64,000 bases of DNA from Malacoraja senta (taxonomy: Eukaryota): positions 1 to 64,000 of the forward strand of contig JAXLNO010000664.1 in assembly GCA_038087875.1 (NCBI GenBank), in the 5' to 3' direction. The translations under genes and the position numbers were made by a program. Positions 60,468 through 64,000 of the stretch are shown one piece after another. Position 1 is the first letter of the stretch. The number at the start of each line of letters is the position of its first letter. The notes under the pieces are model-generated. The model saw nothing but the letters and a program-made list of their open reading frames with translations. It ran no database searches and was not told where the DNA came from.

Positions 60468-60715
60468 CTGCATGAAATGTTGAACCAAAGACTTATCTAC
60501 CCTGTCAGATTGAGACAAACTTTCCTTGAAGCTATTTCCAAAAAAAAAGAGCAGGGATTCTTTCCCTGGCCAATATTTACCCTTCACTATGCAAATCATC
60601 AGGTCATTATCGCCTTGGTGTTTATAGAAGCTTGCTTGGTGTTGCTTGGTTTCCAGATTTTCCATGTTACAACAGGGACTACATTTCAAAGCACTTCATT
60701 GATGATAAAGTGGTG
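60468..60715 (+). mobile_element. Ancient Deu-domain SINE (SacSINE1/AmnSINE1-like)
   Basis: gagcaggg..cctggccaatattta.cc.tca..ggtcattatc..ttacaacagggactacatttcaaagcacttcattg matches the Deu core as recalled. Confidence 0.65.
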
Positions 60716-62230
60716 AAAGTCACCATATAAGTTGAAGTCAGAGACACAAGGAACTGCAGATGTTGGAGTCTTGAGCAAAACACAGTGCTGGAGTGACTCA
60801 AAGGGGTCAGGCAGCATCGGTGGAGGGAATGGACAGGTGGCATTTCAGGTCGAGACCCCTCTAAAGATTTAGAGTCATAGAGCCATACTGTGTGGAAACA
60901 GTGCCTTCCACCCAGCTTGCCCACACCGTAATGTTTATGGAATGGATGTGAAAATGGGATAGCATAGAAAGTATGAAGTGGTGATCGATGGTTGGTAAGG
61001 ACTCGGTGAGCTGAAGGGCTTGTTTCCATGCTGTATCAATCAATCAATCAAGGTATCTTTGTTCAGACGGAGATAGCCAGGCAGAATGCAAAATGGGATT
61101 GGTAAATGAAGGTGACGTATCTCCACAGTTTATTGAATTGTGTCTTCATTTAATAAAATATGGCCCTGTTAGTTTTATCTTGTCACTCATTCCATGTGGA
61201 GCTTGGTAACTGAAAAGGAGAACAGGGTCAAAGGGACTTAATGATTTTCTAGCTGTTTCTATATTTGTCTCCTTGAAAATTGGCCTCCCATGGTCCTTTT
61301 GAATTTTACATCAACTTAATTCACGAAGTAATGCTCAGGGATGCTGGGTTGGTGTGTGTGTGTGTGTGTGTGTGTCCTGGACAACAGGTGCCTGGCTCTG
61401 AGGCTGAAAGGAGGTAATTCAACTCGGCACCACTGATAACATCATGAACTAGAGATTGAAGAGCCAGTACTTTTCATTCACCAGACACTCCCTGAGACTG
61501 ACTTACAGCCCAAAGCTCACTGTGAGACTTTAGTTTTCCTTTATGAGACCGCAGTAGTTTATTATTGAATAAAAATGTTTTCCTTATAATTTATCACTTT
61601 AGCTTTTCAGGAATCACCTCAGAAATGCATTGATCTGAGTGAAAATCTGACAAAAACAATTTGTTGTTTTCCTTGCAGATGAGAATTACAAATATAATCC
61701 CTTGATTTTTTTTTTTAGGTAAAAATTAGCCATTTTATATACTCTACAAATTTAAGCTTATAATATGGGTTTTTTAAACTTTGCATAATTTGCACCAGAA
61801 ATATTGTGAACGGATATCACAAAACACAGGTGTTGCATAGAGATTGTAAATCAAGGTGAGAGATGATTGCAATCTCAAGGTAATATAAATGGCTCTGCCT
61901 AATCTAATATGCTTGGTATACAAGAAATCTTCTATAAGCTGTCCAAAGCAGTTATTGCAGAGAGAGTGAATGAAGGCAAACACCGATTAAGGTCAAAGAG
62001 TGTGGAATCAGATGGCAGGTGGAAGGATGGATAGTGAGCTAGTGATGGAACTGTGAACAGTGGGGAGAGATAAAGGCAACTACTCAGATCGTCAGATGAT
62101 GAGAAATGATGCTCTAAGGGGTCTGGATGAGTTATGTATGGAGCAAAACTCTAGTGTTGACCTATTGTACAGAATGGTCTGTTGGTGTACAATAGAGTTG
62201 ATGCAATCTATAAACCAGGAATGTTTAGAA

Positions 62231-62490
62231 ATAGAGTCATAGAGTCTTACAGCGTGGAAACAGGCCTTTTGACCCAACTAGCCCACACCGGCCAACATGT
62301 CCCATCTACACTAGTCCCACCTGCCTGCATTTGGCCCATATCCCATTAAACCTGTCCTTTCCATGTACCTTTTTAATGTGTCTTAGTGCGATAGTACCTG
62401 CCTCAACGACCCCCTCACCTTAAACCTATGTCCTCTGCTTCTCGATTCCCCTGCCCTAGGCAGGAGACTCTCTGCGTTTACCGGATCTAG
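62231..62490 (-). mobile_element. CR1-type LINE 3' fragment
   Basis: Homologous to the 57638 copy. Confidence 0.8.
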
Positions 62491-62644
62491 TAGTCATCAA
62501 GACAAGTGGCAAACCTATTCCCGATCTCTGGTTATAGAGATAGGACACAGGAAACTGAAGAACATGTTTCCAAATGACAGACAAATACGATGAGGATTTC
62601 TGAACCTGGTTTCCAACATTTCTATTTCTTTTGCGTTGAACACA

Positions 62645-62962
62645 CCTTGAAACCGCACACTCCCAGACTCAGGAACAGCTTCTTCCCCTCTGTTATCAGT
62701 CTTATGAATGATCTTTCCATAAGCTAGGGTACTGCCTGATTTACCTCTACCCCATTGCGAACATTGGACCTTGTCTATGGAACTGATGTGCTACAATACT
62801 GAGAACTATATTCTGCATTCTATATCTTCCCCTTTGCTCTATCTATTGTACTTGCATTTGACTCGATTGTATTTGTGTATCTGATCTCTTTGGATAGCTT
62901 GCAAAACAAGGCTTTTCACTGTGCCTCGGTACGTGTGACAATAATAGACCTAAACCTAAACA
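62645..62962 (+). mobile_element. Rex1/Babar-like LINE 3' fragment
   Basis: cccagactcaggaacagcttcttcccctctgttatcag...ttttcactgtgcctcggtacgtgtgacaataa. Confidence 0.72.
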
Positions 62963-63032
62963 CGATGTTCATGATTTGCAAATGCATATTGACTCTTCAG
63001 GAATATCTGGAATTGATCTAAAAAAGGCCACA

Positions 63033-63855
63033 GAAGATAGACACAAAATGCTGGAGTAACTCAGCAGGTCAGGCAGTATCTCTGGAGAGAATGAATGGGT
63101 GATGATTCTGGTCGAGACCGTTCTTCAGACTGAGGTGGAGTCCACAATGGTCCATTGTTGGCTGTGGAAAAGGTAATAACAAGGGGATAGTGAACAGTGA
63201 AACTAAGTAGGGGGGGGGGGGGGGGGCGGAGAGTCTGAGTAAGGGTCTCGACCGAAAACTTCACCTATTCTTATTCTCCAGAGATGCTGGCTGACCCGCT
63301 GAGTTAAGGGCCTGTCCCACGGGCATGCGACTCCATGCGGCAAGCGTGACCTAACCGGAAGCGGGAGCCGCGCGGAGGTCGAGTGATCCCCGTACAGGGC
63401 CGGTCCCACCAGCACGCGGCTGCATGCGGCAAGCGCTACCAAACCGGAAGCGGGGGCCGCGAGGAGGTCGAGTGACGTCAAGACGGTGCGTACGGCATCG
63501 AGGCGGTGCGCACGGCCTCGATGCGGCTGCGTACGGCGTTGAGGCAGTGCGCACGGTCGTCGAGGCGGCGCTCACGGCCTCGATGCGGCTGCGGGGCGGC
63601 AGGCCGTTGCCGCGCGGAATTTTTGAACAGTGTCAGTTTTTCTGAGCCCCGCGCGATGTCGGGACCAGCTCCGCACAACTCCATACGGCTCCGGCGATCG
63701 AAGTGGGACCGGCCCCGCGACCTCCGCGCGGCCCCCGCTTCCGGTTAGGTCGTGCTTGCCGCATGGAGTCGCATGCCCGTGGGACAGGCCCTTAACTCCA
63801 GCATTTTGTGTCTATCTTCAGTGTAAACCAGCATCTGCAGTTCCTTCCTACACAT
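63033..63855. repeat. Inverted pair of Penelope-like terminal repeats, right arm interrupted by a MITE
   Basis: gaagatagacacaaaatgctggagtaactc at 63033; ctccagcattttgtgtctatcttc at about 63796. Confidence 0.8.
63304..63795. mobile_element. Young GC-rich MITE, TTAAGGGCCTGTCCCAC...GTGGGACAGGCCCTTAA
   Basis: Near-perfect TIRs of about 75 bp; internal repeats of about 20 bp (gcgtacggc.tcgaggcg). Confidence 0.9.
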
Positions 63856-64000
63856 TTTAAGGAGGCCATAAATGACTTTCGTTGCTACATCCTTTTCCAT
63901 AGTTGTTCTCATTAATTTTAGCTTTTACTGCTTCGAGCTTTTCCCTCTGGAATCAGGTCTGTTATTTTCCTGATTTCCACTATACTAACACTGCCATAGG

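Noticed and set aside
61600..61725. Possible splice acceptors (ttttcag, ccttgcag) suggesting a small exon
   Set aside because: No open coding-like frame and a weak donor; not supportable from sequence alone

Overview
Eukaryotic, repeat-dominated DNA with no recognisable host protein-coding exon, so probably intergenic or a large intron. The repeat inventory (HE1-like V-SINEs, CR1-type LINE tails, Penelope-like fragments, Deu-domain SINE remnants) suggests a cartilaginous fish, probably a skate or ray (inference). Main elements: (1) a Tx1-clade LINE with both ORFs intact and a clean poly(A) (1-6503); (2) an internally deleted Gypsy LTR element (16436-19412); (3) two DIRS1-type tyrosine-recombinase retrotransposons with complete ITR/ICR architecture but decayed ORFs (26074-30340, 32589-37076); (4) a solo LTR (41480-42253); (5) a Penelope-like GIY-YIG fragment interrupted by a TAG..CTA TIR element with a 3-bp TSD (46191-47815); (6) an IR-DR Tc1 transposon (53880-55533); (7) a GGGCCTGTCCCAC MITE family with an unusual insertion signature; (8) many Penelope-derived short repeats carrying a minimal hammerhead-ribozyme core, often as inverted pairs. 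All calls were made by eye without database searches. Boundaries of degraded repeats are approximate.
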